The notes under the pieces: model-generated
The model's database searches: none
The model's input: only the letters and a program-made list of their open reading frames with translations
What the model was told of the DNA's origin: nothing
Shown here: one piece after another, positions 19,519 through 28,317 of the stretch
How the letters are laid out: the number at the start of each line of letters is the position of its first letter
Numbering within the stretch: position 1 is the stretch's first letter
Source of the DNA: Candidatus Vogelbacteria bacterium
GTDB lineage: Bacteria; Patescibacteriota; Minisyncoccia; Phycocordibacterales; XYD1-FULL-46-19
Assembly (NCBI GenBank): GCA_023267075.1
Contig: JAHFNY010000003.1
Span: 1-46,104, forward strand
Direction of reading: 5' to 3'
Length of the DNA stretch: 46,104 bases
Translations under genes and position numbers: made by a program

Positions 19519-20234
19519 GATAATTCTTTTTCTAAACCATCACGTTTGGTCTTAAGCTCATCTTCTTCATCCAATAATTTTTGATAACGACTGGTGTTAT
19601 CGGCCACTTGATCCTCCAAGGCCAAGAGCTTTTGCTCTACTTCCCACTTCTCCGTTTCAATCTGGTGGCGCTTCTGCTGGACTTCCCAGCGTTTGCCTTC
19701 TGTCGCCTCGCGCTCTTTGGGGAAGGGCTCGCGGGCCTCACTTTCTTCCAAGGCCGCTTCCTCCGTCTCGGCCGATTTTTCCTTGTCCTTAATCGGATCC
19801 AGAATCGTTTTCACCTTGGTCCGCTTGTCGTCCAAATCAATCCAGGCTAATTCTAGAGCCGATTTTTCCGTCGCGATTTTGGTTAAGCGTTCATCAATTT
19901 CTGTTAATTCCTTTTTCGCTACGGTTTTATGTTCTTCCTCTTTCCGCTTGGCCGTATGTTCTGGTCCTTCCATCGCCAGCCGCGCCAATTCTCTTTTATC
20001 TAATGGCTTAGTTGGTTCTACAGGAGTAACTTTAGGTGGTTCAGTCTGCTCCGACCCACTCGGCGTCGTCGGGGTTGGCGGTGGAGCAATCGGTGGGAGT
20101 GGTGATACTCCAGGTTTGTCATTCAACGGCGTCCCCGACGCTACGGTTGGGGCAGGTTGGTCCACACCCGTAATGGCCTGGGTAAAAATATCTTCACTCA
20201 ATTTTTTATCACTAGGATTATTGTTTGGCGGCAT
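19515..20234 (-). CDS. Pro-rich / coiled-coil hypothetical protein
   Basis: 239-aa ORF; TATAAT 6 nt before ATG; overlaps the start of the next gene. Confidence 0.75.
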   Translation of the reverse strand: MPPNNNPSDKKLSEDIFTQAITGVDQPAPTVASGTPLNDKPGVSPLPPIAPPPTPTTPSGSEQTEPPKVTPVEPTKPLDKRELARLAMEGPEHTAKRKEEEHKTVAKKELTEIDERLTKIATEKSALELAWIDLDDKRTKVKTILDPIKDKEKSAETEEAALEESEAREPFPKEREATEGKRWEVQQKRHQIETEKWEVEQKLLALEDQVADNTSRYQKLLDEEDELKTKRDGLEKELS

Positions 20235-20270
20235 AAGAACATTATACCGCTTATTAGTTGTTGATGAAAC

Positions 20271-22457
20271 TTAAAAACGTGGGCGGTGATTATTATTGTT
20301 GCGGTAACCACCATTACCATTAGTTCGGGGTGGTGGGAGAGGATTAGTGGAAGGTTTAGCCCCGTGATTGGCGGCGTAATCCGGGTCGGCCAGTTTGAGC
20401 GACAGATTCACCCGGCCCTTATCATCAATTTCTTTTACTACCACCGGCACTTCATCACCAATGTTTACTACGTCAGTCACCCGATCCACGCGGAAGGGCG
20501 CCAGTTCCGAGATGTGGACCAAGCCCTCCGTATCATGACCAATTTTTACAAAGGCGCCAAAGTCCATTAGGCGCGTTACGGGCCCGGTAAACTTCTCTCC
20601 AGCTTTATATTCATGAGTGATGCTCTCTACTTGAGCCTTGGCGCGAGCCACGCCGTCGCCCTTGCCGGTGATGTAGACCGAGCCATCATCCTCAATCTCT
20701 ATCTCAGCGCCGGTTTCTTCAGTAATTTTTTGAATCACTTTGCCGCCCGGGCCAATGACGGCGCCAATTTTATCTACCGGGATCTTCATAATCGCAATTT
20801 GGGGCGCGGATGGCTTGAGAGTAGCGCGGGGTGCAGGGATGGCCGTGGTGATCACGTCTAAAATTTGCAGGCGCGCCGCGCGAGCTTGCGCTAGTGCTTC
20901 CGTTAAGATCTTTACCGGGATTCCGCCGACTTTAATATCTAATTGAATGCCGGTCACACCGTCTTTGGTCCCCGCCACTTTGAAGTCCATATCGCCAAAA
21001 TGATCCTCCGGCCCTTGAATATCGGTCATAATTTTATAGTCGTTCTCATTCTCCTCACTCATCAGTAAGCCCATGGCAATCCCAGCCACTGGCGCTTTAA
21101 TCGGCACGCCGCCGTCCATGAGGGCCAGCGTTGAGCCGCAGACTGAGCCCATGGAGGTGGAACCATTGGAAGCGAGGGCTTCTGAGACGAGGCGGATAGT
21201 GTACGGGAAGTCTTCTTTAGCTGGAATGACACCGCGTAATGATTTTTCCGCTAGCGCGCCGTGGCCAATCGCCCGGCGATTCATCCCGCCTAAGCGGCCA
21301 GTCTCACCAACGGAAAAGGGGGGGAAGTTATAATGATGCATAAAGCGCTTCTTGCCGCTTACTTCCATCCCTTCCATTAGTTGAGAATCTTTCGGTCCAC
21401 CTAAAGTGAGAACAGAGAGGACGTGAGTTCCACCGCGATAGAAGATGCCATTACCATGAACAATTTCCGATAAGCCGCCGGCTTGGGCAAAAAGCGGCCG
21501 CACTTGATCCATCCTCCGACCATCAGCCCGACGCGAGTTCTTAATCCCCTCGTCGTGAATCAGTTTATCTACTTGTTCTTCATAATATTCTAGAGCTTGA
21601 TTTAGATTAGTGTCTGGCTTTTTTTCTATTACCAATTTCTTCCATTCATCTTTCAGGGCGTAAATCGTACTCTTATCGCCACTAAAAGTTGCGGCATCAA
21701 GTTTGGGTAAAATTTCTGCAGCAAAGAGGTTAGTCACTTCACTCGCCAATTCTGGCTTAGGGAAGGTTAATTTTTCTTTCCCTAATTTAGCAACAATTTC
21801 TTTCTGCCACGCTTCTAATTTAGCCAACTCCCCTACTGCTTGAGTAAAAGCGGCGGCTAAAGTGGCTTCTGGGATTTCTTTGGCTTCGGCTTCAATCATA
21901 TTAATCTTGCCCTCATTGCCGCAGATTAAGAGTTCTAAATCAGCGTCTTCTCGCTCGGGATAGGTTGGATTCACAATCGTTTGATTATTTTTTAATCCCA
22001 AGCGGACGGCGGCCACTGGTCCGGCCCAGGGAATGTTAGAAATGCCAAGCGCCAAGGAAGCCCCAATCACCGCTAAAATATCTGGATCATTATTTTCATC
22101 AATCGAGAGAACGGTGGCCACAATTTGGACTTCATTCCGCAAGTGGGCGGGGAAGAGCGGTCGGATGGTCCGATCAATAATCCGGCCGCTTAAGATCGCC
22201 TCTTCACTGGGTCGGCCCTCGCGCTTAATAAAGCGGCTACCCAAGATCCGTCCGGCGGCATAGAACTTTTCCTCATATTCCACCGTGAGGGGGAAATAAT
22301 CCAAGCCGTCTTTCTGCCCACCAATCACCGCGGTGACGAGGACGACGGTCTCGCCGTAGCGCATAATCACGGCACCACTTGCTTGATCGGCCAAATCATT
22401 AAACTGGGCGGTAAGTTTGCGCCCGGCCACTTCTAAAGAAAATTCTTCTTGTTTCAT
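20271..22457 (-). CDS. pnp: Polyribonucleotide nucleotidyltransferase
   Basis: Two RNase PH domains (FMHHYNFPPFSVGE, SNGSTSMGS, GDMDFKVAG), KH and S1 domains. Confidence 0.97.
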   Translation of the reverse strand: MKQEEFSLEVAGRKLTAQFNDLADQASGAVIMRYGETVVLVTAVIGGQKDGLDYFPLTVEYEEKFYAAGRILGSRFIKREGRPSEEAILSGRIIDRTIRPLFPAHLRNEVQIVATVLSIDENNDPDILAVIGASLALGISNIPWAGPVAAVRLGLKNNQTIVNPTYPEREDADLELLICGNEGKINMIEAEAKEIPEATLAAAFTQAVGELAKLEAWQKEIVAKLGKEKLTFPKPELASEVTNLFAAEILPKLDAATFSGDKSTIYALKDEWKKLVIEKKPDTNLNQALEYYEEQVDKLIHDEGIKNSRRADGRRMDQVRPLFAQAGGLSEIVHGNGIFYRGGTHVLSVLTLGGPKDSQLMEGMEVSGKKRFMHHYNFPPFSVGETGRLGGMNRRAIGHGALAEKSLRGVIPAKEDFPYTIRLVSEALASNGSTSMGSVCGSTLALMDGGVPIKAPVAGIAMGLLMSEENENDYKIMTDIQGPEDHFGDMDFKVAGTKDGVTGIQLDIKVGGIPVKILTEALAQARAARLQILDVITTAIPAPRATLKPSAPQIAIMKIPVDKIGAVIGPGGKVIQKITEETGAEIEIEDDGSVYITGKGDGVARAKAQVESITHEYKAGEKFTGPVTRLMDFGAFVKIGHDTEGLVHISELAPFRVDRVTDVVNIGDEVPVVVKEIDDKGRVNLSLKLADPDYAANHGAKPSTNPLPPPRTNGNGGYRNNNNHRPRF

Positions 22458-22509
22458 ATAATTTTAGTATTCAAACCATAGCACTAAGAATAAGATAAAG
22501 CAAAAATAA

Positions 22510-22539
22510 AGCCCCAAGCAGAATCTATCTACTCAGGGC
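22510..22539 (-). terminator. Intrinsic terminator of the orphan operon
   Basis: GCCCUGAGUAGA/UCUGCUUGGGGC hairpin followed by UUUAUUUUU. Confidence 0.65.
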
Positions 22540-22558
22540 CACAACTAAATCGAGGTGA

Positions 22559-23221
22559 TCAGCTGTTTTTAAATTTAAAAGCGTTCACCAGTGCTTCTGC
22601 CACTCCTTCCAGTACCGGATCACGTAACCACCAGGCGTTGTGTGGAACATTTACGACGACTGCTTGACGCACTCCATCGAGTACCACCCGCCCGGCTGTG
22701 AGTACCGCCTTAGGTATTTTCTTGAATGCCGCGTCTAGTCGCTTGAGCTCGCCTTGGGCCACACCCAGCGCATAGCTCAAGTCACGGTTAAATCCTTTCG
22801 TTAATAACGGGAAGGCGGTGCGTTCGGCGAGGTATTGCACCAGGCCGAGCGTATCGCGATGCAAAAGTGTGTTTTCAATGGCGAGAAGATCATCACCATC
22901 TAGATCTTCCTCTTGGGCCAATATATCAAGTCTGGATATTGTCCCTTCAACATCAATTGCGGCGCAGGCGCTTCGTACCAGCATGCATTTATTGTCGTCG
23001 GGAAGGTCTTGAAGTCCAGTGAGCACATCTTCGTCTCCGGTCAGTCGGTAGAGTTGAGCCGTATGTTCCAATAGACGGAAGGCCAGATTTTGGGTATCAC
23101 CGTCGGCAGAGTCCGGCATACCAGTCTCAGCCCACTCTTTGTACGCGTCTCTACCGCACTTGGCGTGGAATTCAATCAGCGACTTTTTTATTTCTTTAAA
23201 AGCGGTGTGGGGGTCGGACAT
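22559..23221 (-). CDS. Orphan helical protein
   Basis: ORF with GAGG upstream of ATG 23221; no recognisable motif. Confidence 0.65.
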   Translation of the reverse strand: MSDPHTAFKEIKKSLIEFHAKCGRDAYKEWAETGMPDSADGDTQNLAFRLLEHTAQLYRLTGDEDVLTGLQDLPDDNKCMLVRSACAAIDVEGTISRLDILAQEEDLDGDDLLAIENTLLHRDTLGLVQYLAERTAFPLLTKGFNRDLSYALGVAQGELKRLDAAFKKIPKAVLTAGRVVLDGVRQAVVVNVPHNAWWLRDPVLEGVAEALVNAFKFKNS

Positions 23222-23250
23222 GATTGTAAACCTCATTTTTTATTAAAGAC

Positions 23251-23307
23251 CAAGCTGTTTCGCTCTTTTGAGCTCTTCAGTGCAAATACACATTTGCGGA
23301 CAGCCCA
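23251..23307 (-). ncRNA. Hammerhead ribozyme, type III topology
   Basis: UGGGCUGUC|CGCAAAU-GUGU-AUUUGCA-CUGAAGA-GCUC-AAAA-GAGC-GAAACAGCUUG: full core with stems I, II and III. Confidence 0.82.
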
Positions 23308-23361
23308 CGCGCAAAATTGCGCGTGACCTAGCTTTTATGGACTAGGATTTTTACGACGAAC

Positions 23362-23631
23362 TTAGAAGTGGCCGAAGTAGCCATCGTCAAAGGCCTCTAT
23401 TTCTTTAATCTCTGACCCTATCCAACCAACGTCTTCTAATCGGGAGTCAAAACAGAAGCGTCTGTTATCTCTAGTACCAACAAAAAATATGTGAGTCGAG
23501 TTATGCCCGACACACCAGAATTCTATCCCGTCACAGGTTATCGGTTGGGTCGGGGTAAGACCGTTAGCTTGTTGATACGAACTATGCCAATCAATAATCT
23601 CTTGCCTGATCGTCTGCTGAGCGTTAGACAT
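23362..23631 (-). CDS. Small orphan protein
   Basis: GGAG SD, 89 aa. Confidence 0.65.
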   Translation of the reverse strand: MSNAQQTIRQEIIDWHSSYQQANGLTPTQPITCDGIEFWCVGHNSTHIFFVGTRDNRRFCFDSRLEDVGWIGSEIKEIEAFDDGYFGHF

Positions 23632-23724
23632 GATCTAAATCTCCAGTTAATTGTTTTTACAAAGACCTAGTCCTTTTTCGAGACACGATTATTGAATCAT
23701 GTTCCGAAAAAGAAAGGGATATCG

Positions 23725-24063
23725 CTATCCCTTAAAGACCTTCTTCACCAGAAGGCCCATGCCCGCTATTACCAGTATGAGGGGTAACAGGGCAAAGACA
23801 ATTTGGGATACAGCCTCGACCAGACGATCGAGGAGTTCACGGCCGAGCTCGGGGCTGACCATAAATGTCAATACCGAGACTACGACTCCCATAGCCATCA
23901 CGCCGACCGGGGTGAATAAATATCGGAAAAACTGGTTCCAGTTCCGCATCGCCCTTCTCCTTCCAATTGAAAGATCTATTTTGGAAAAACGAGACTGCCT
24001 CATTTTTCCAACACGCGACTTTCTGTTGCCAGGCGTCGCTACCCCGCGGTGCTTAACGAGCAT
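23725..24063 (-). CDS. Small membrane protein (basic N-terminus, two TM helices)
   Basis: GGGAG SD; hydrophobic C-terminal half. Confidence 0.6.
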   Translation of the reverse strand: MLVKHRGVATPGNRKSRVGKMRQSRFSKIDLSIGRRRAMRNWNQFFRYLFTPVGVMAMGVVVSVLTFMVSPELGRELLDRLVEAVSQIVFALLPLILVIAGMGLLVKKVFKG

Positions 24064-24089
24064 GGGCTCTCCCGCAGATCATCAAGAGT

Positions 24090-24182
24090 TTAATTCCTCT
24101 TGATGGGGTTATCGCCCCCACGGATATCCTTAACTTCGGAATCCGTGAGGATTTGGCCCTGACTGTCCGTGCGAACGGTCAT
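24090..24182 (-). CDS. 30-aa peptide MTVRTDSQGQILTDSEVKDIRGGDNPIKRN
   Basis: Strong AAGGAGG SD; first ORF after the promoter; not in the ORF track. Confidence 0.55.
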   Translation of the reverse strand: MTVRTDSQGQILTDSEVKDIRGGDNPIKRN

Positions 24183-24298
24183 AGCGCTCCCTCCTTGTTG
24201 TTGGTTCCCAGAGACCAATCCCGCTCACGGCCACTAGCGTTTAGATACTGGGCTGGGGGCCAAGAGCGAGACAGGTCATTTCAAGGTATCTGCCAGCC

Positions 24299-24326
24299 AT
24301 TATAGTCGGATAAATAATTTTGTCAA
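24299..24326 (-). promoter_or_regulatory. Consensus sigma70 promoter TTGACA-N16-TATAAT
   Basis: Perfect hexamers upstream of the orphan operon. Confidence 0.75.
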
Positions 24327-24396
24327 GTACTTATGACACTTCATCTTTATATATATCTAAAATATGTTGTAAAATAAGGATATTTTAATACTTAAA

Positions 24397-24418
24397 AATG
24401 TAATGATATTATTACATT
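24397..24418. promoter_or_regulatory. Palindromic operator candidate AATGTAAT-N6-ATTACATT
   Basis: Perfect 8-bp inverted repeat between two divergent promoters. Confidence 0.4.
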
Positions 24419-24517
24419 CACTTTTTTAAACAAGTCAAAAAACAATTTATGTCAGTTTTTTAAAACAGTCAAAATTAGCCTAAAATTAGGGTTTATACAC
24501 TGCTATGTTGGTTTTGC

Positions 24518-24545
24518 TTGACAAAAATCTACCATTTGCTATAAT
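24518..24545 (+). promoter_or_regulatory. Consensus sigma70 promoter TTGACA-N16-TATAAT with extended -10
   Basis: Read directly from the sequence. Confidence 0.75.
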
Positions 24546-24550
24546 GGCCC

Positions 24551-24838
24551 TAGAACATTGGCAAGCGGAAGGAGGTGTCCTATGGTCGATTAGTCTTCTG
24601 GAGTGCCACTTGCTGGATAGATCATAGGATCCAGCAAGTGGCATAAACCAGATAAACTGGTCGCAACACCTAAATTGTTCTTTCCGCCCCAACACCACGT
24701 CCAACTCTAGATGGAGGAATTATTTATGGGCGACGATGGTGGAAAGTAGTTAGCTCTCCGTACCGTATTTAGAAAAAATTAGTTTTATGGAGAGCGAATC
24801 AAGAGGGGGAGACCAGCACAGGCCGGTCTCCCCTATTT
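24551..24838 (+). ncRNA. About 290-nt structured RNA candidate containing two micro-ORFs
   Basis: Own promoter; 15-bp perfect hairpin 24604-24643; GCGGAAGGA/UCUUUCCGC closing stem; terminator 24806-24833. Confidence 0.5.
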
Positions 24839-25582
24839 TTATTTTTGTAGATCAAATATTAACTTGATTAAGCTTCTCATGGTATCAGCTAAGTCTTTAC
24901 TAACAACTGATATTCCCCCAACGGTGTCGCCTAATATATTTATTTTAGTCTTGTCTCCGTAGACACTAACGTCACATTTTATAGGATATTTATTTCCATC
25001 TATTTTAATTCTTTGAGCAGTGTTGTCTGAAGGCCGTTCACCGCTTTTATAAGTATAAATAGCTTTTGATTTTATATTGTTTTCGATTCTGATAGATTTT
25101 AATTTATCCAGTTCCTGATTGGTAAAAATATCCTCTATTAAATCACGGGGGTAAACCATATAAACTTCTTTATCAGATGAATTAGTATCAAAAAAGTCTT
25201 GCATAGAACTTAATACTCCGTCCCTACCTTCAAAATATTTGACCACTGGCCGTTCCCCGCTCTCACGTTGAATGCTTTTCAGTTGTGGAATTAGATCTTT
25301 GATTAGTTTAGCTTGTTCTTCTAGAACGATTTTTTGCCGCTCCACATAAGTTTCTAAACGTTCTGGCGATTCTGCTTGATAATTGGTTTTTTTATCTATT
25401 TGGATTTCACTCACTAACCCTTTTTTCATTAATGACCCCAATACTAAGTAGATGGTGGTACGATTGATCTTGGTTTTTTGCGATAATCCCAAGACCGAGT
25501 CATTATCAACCGCTAGCAAGGTTACATAAATCGTTGCTTCTTTATCTGAAAATCCCAAGTCTTGGAGATATTTTTCTAACAT
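24839..25582 (-). CDS. TrmB-family transcriptional regulator
   Basis: LGFSDKEATIY...INRTTIY...LMKKGLV wHTH; PVVKYFEG; C-terminal effector domain. Confidence 0.85.
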   Translation of the reverse strand: MLEKYLQDLGFSDKEATIYVTLLAVDNDSVLGLSQKTKINRTTIYLVLGSLMKKGLVSEIQIDKKTNYQAESPERLETYVERQKIVLEEQAKLIKDLIPQLKSIQRESGERPVVKYFEGRDGVLSSMQDFFDTNSSDKEVYMVYPRDLIEDIFTNQELDKLKSIRIENNIKSKAIYTYKSGERPSDNTAQRIKIDGNKYPIKCDVSVYGDKTKINILGDTVGGISVVSKDLADTMRSLIKLIFDLQK

Positions 25583-25838
25583 AACTTTATTATAGCAAAT
25601 CTAATTAAATTTGCATTTTTTAGGATAATGTCATATAATAGTTTTGGTGCAAAAATGATCTTTGGTAGAAAGGAGCTGCGAAGTGTTAGGGCAGAATAAG
25701 CCAAAAACGATTGATTTGAAGGACTTGCTTAGTCGGCGTCGAGAAGATCTAGTGCCGGCCAAGGCGCTTAATCGAGTTGAGCAAAAGCTTAATCAAGGGG
25801 TTGTGCCACGTGGATGGTGGGCCAAACTTAAACACTGT

Positions 25839-26819
25839 TTAAGCCGCTTCAATAACTGGATTGATGGTTGCAATTGTGGTCGTTAGGCCGGTCAAGATTC
25901 GATTAATCATTTTGTTGTGGGTGAGCAGGTAAAGCTGCTCACCTTTTTCTTTTTGGGTTAAGATTTCTCTAGCATCTAAATACGGTTGTTCAAAAGTTTT
26001 AATAATTGCATTGTAAGTATAAAATTCAGCCAAAATACTTTTAGACAAAGTTTTTCTATCTTGGGTAAAACCTTCACTTTTTAAATAATCAATAACGTCT
26101 TGAGTTGTTGCAAATTCTGGATGGGGTAATTTTTGTTTATCTAAAATTCGGCCGATGTTATTAGTGGCTTCTCTGATCAGTAATTCTAAAGTTACGGTTT
26201 TAGCGGCCAGTTCTAAGTCGGCATATTTAGTATTGCCGGTCATCACTTCAGCTAACCGTTCAAAAATTAAGGGCTGAAGGGCTACAATCATTATTTGGAC
26301 TGGTTTATCCCAATTAGAGTATTTTAATCGGGTGCCTCTACCAACTACGGCTTTATCTAATTCTCGTTGGTATTTATGTTCTAAAACCGATTCTTCTACA
26401 CTAGCAGTGGCATCAATACCAAAAACTAATGGTTCTTGACCAGGGTTCTTAATGGTTATTAATAAATCTATTCCGTTCATATAATCGTCATAACGGCTGG
26501 TTAATTCTGCAGTAGCGTTAGGACCAAACCAATTAAGTTTATTGATACCATGTAATATTGCATATTCGGCTAAGACTGCGTGAGTTCCCTTTTCTTTACT
26601 AAATTTAGGCGACTGCTCAAAGTCGTTAAGACGAGTAATATCTTGGGTTACGTCCTCAGCGGTGATGGTTCTATCTCCCCTAGTCTGTCCGATAAAGTTT
26701 TCTTCTTTGGGGCGATGATAAAGAGTTAAAATTTCTTTATCAAATTCAACATTGCCAGATGTTGCTACGCCAGCTACTCCTTCATGATCCAATCTTTCTC
26801 TAAAATCACCGTGACGCAT
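25839..26819 (-). CDS. Hypothetical protein, possible PD-(D/E)xK-like fold
   Basis: SRYDDYMNGIDLL...FGIDAT motif. Confidence 0.6.
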   Translation of the reverse strand: MRHGDFRERLDHEGVAGVATSGNVEFDKEILTLYHRPKEENFIGQTRGDRTITAEDVTQDITRLNDFEQSPKFSKEKGTHAVLAEYAILHGINKLNWFGPNATAELTSRYDDYMNGIDLLITIKNPGQEPLVFGIDATASVEESVLEHKYQRELDKAVVGRGTRLKYSNWDKPVQIMIVALQPLIFERLAEVMTGNTKYADLELAAKTVTLELLIREATNNIGRILDKQKLPHPEFATTQDVIDYLKSEGFTQDRKTLSKSILAEFYTYNAIIKTFEQPYLDAREILTQKEKGEQLYLLTHNKMINRILTGLTTTIATINPVIEAA

Positions 26820-26825
26820 ATTTAA

Positions 26826-27341
26826 TTATTTCCTCCCATTATTGATCAGATATTTGCGAGGATTCTCGGAGAGATCCAGGAAGTCGTCGCAGACTTCTTT
26901 TAATTTGCCGGACGAGCTTTTGCCAAAGGAGACCACTTCCACTTGGCAACCCAGGGCTTGGAGATGTTCCACGAGCGGGATAAAGTCGCCATCGCCGGAG
27001 ACGAGGACTACGGCGTCCACTTTGGGCGCCATTTGAATGGCGTCCACGGCAATGCCCACGTCCCAATCCGCCTTTTTGGCGCCACTGGAGAAGACTTGCA
27101 AGTCTTTCAACCGGAGTTCAATCCCCATTTTAGTCAGGGCGTCTAAGAAGGCTTTCTCCTCCCCCGACTCGGTGGTAACGAGATAAGCCATGGCGCGGAC
27201 GAGAGTCCGGCCGGCGAGCGCATCTTTTAAAATCGCGGCAAAGTTAACGCGCGCGTGGTACAAGTTCTTGGCACTGTGATACAGGTTCTGGGTATCAATA
27301 AAAACGGCCACCCGTTGGGCCTTATGCTTAGCAATAGTCAT
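26826..27341 (-). CDS. NYN domain (LabA/DUF88) protein
   Basis: VFIDTQNLY, KKADWDVGIAVD, LVSGDGDFIPL. Confidence 0.9.
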   Translation of the reverse strand: MTIAKHKAQRVAVFIDTQNLYHSAKNLYHARVNFAAILKDALAGRTLVRAMAYLVTTESGEEKAFLDALTKMGIELRLKDLQVFSSGAKKADWDVGIAVDAIQMAPKVDAVVLVSGDGDFIPLVEHLQALGCQVEVVSFGKSSSGKLKEVCDDFLDLSENPRKYLINNGRK

Positions 27342-27377
27342 GAAAATAGATAATCAAACTTATAAAAATTACGATCC

Positions 27378-27626
27378 TTACTTGTCACTTTTAGCGGCCA
27401 ATTTCTTTTTCTTGGTCTCAAGATACTTCTCGTGAGAGCGGCGCTTAGACACCAACTTAAGTAAGCCACGGCGAGAGTGATTGTCTTGCTTGTGCTTCTT
27501 TAAATGAGAGGTAAGTTCATTGATCCGCTCGGTTAAGAGGGCAATTTGGACCTCAGAAGAGCCCGTATCCGTCTCGTGGACGCGGGTTTTCTTAATCAAG
27601 ACTTGCTTCTTTTTGGTCGCTAACAT
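27378..27626 (-). CDS. rpsO: 30S ribosomal protein S15
   Basis: [16 protein letters not shown]...[18 protein letters not shown] at 27626. Confidence 0.95.
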   Translation of the reverse strand: MLATKKKQVLIKKTRVHETDTGSSEVQIALLTERINELTSHLKKHKQDNHSRRGLLKLVSKRRSHEKYLETKKKKLAAKSDK

Positions 27627-27674
27627 GTTGACAAGTCTAGCATATCTGCTCAAAAAATGCAAGGCCTATGATAT

Positions 27675-27934
27675 TTATGAATAAAGCTGGTCGTGAGTGC
27701 CAATGGCGGCTAATAAGACCGTTTTTCATCAATAGATTTGTAAATCAGACGCAAGTCGCCACCAATGTTTATACTCCGATGGTTAATAAATTTACCCTCC
27801 AAACTATGATTTTTTAATAATGGATTGAAGGGGTCCTTGAGGAAAATACTTAGTCGTTTTTTAAAATTATTTTTTTGATTGGCGGTTAATCTTTTGTATT
27901 GCTTGAGAAAGTTTTTATGAGTAAAGACGTTCAT
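27675..27934 (-). pseudogene. RelE/YafQ-family toxin, frameshifted near the 3' end
   Basis: KNHSLEG, SINIGGDLRLIY; C-terminal TVLLAAIGTHDQLYS lies in another frame after the A5 run at 27722-27726. Confidence 0.75.
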
Positions 27935-28206
27935 GAGTCCAAGTAATGTTCCAACTCTTTTTGATTAGTAAAGCGAGGTGAAATATTTTTACCGGCTTTA
28001 AAGTCTTTTTCAACCCTCGTTAGAAGACGCTCAAGTTTGGGCGACATTTTGAGTGGTCGGACCGAGAGATGGAGTTCCTTATCGCGGATAAATTGTTTGA
28101 GTGAGCTGTTAATAACCGTACTTAGAGATACGCCTAAATCGCCAGCTAGTTTTTTGGCTTGGGATTTGACTTTGCTATCAGTTTTGACCGTGATCAGAGT
28201 AGTCAT
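27931..28206 (-). CDS. RelB/DinJ-family antitoxin
   Basis: ITVKTDSKVKSQAKKLAGDLGVSLSTVI ribbon-helix-helix; overlaps the toxin start. Confidence 0.85.
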   Translation of the reverse strand: MTTLITVKTDSKVKSQAKKLAGDLGVSLSTVINSSLKQFIRDKELHLSVRPLKMSPKLERLLTRVEKDFKAGKNISPRFTNQKELEHYLDS

Positions 28207-28317
28207 AATACAAAGTATATACCTTGTATTAAAAAATGCAAGCCCTTATAAATACACAAATAAAAAGAAACCGCGCTGGCGCTTTAGGCGTCCAGCACGG
28301 TTATTGAGGTTAATTGT

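Noticed and set aside
23699..24103. 134-aa plus-strand ORF
   Set aside because: Antisense to an SD-led minus-strand operon, with no SD or promoter of its own
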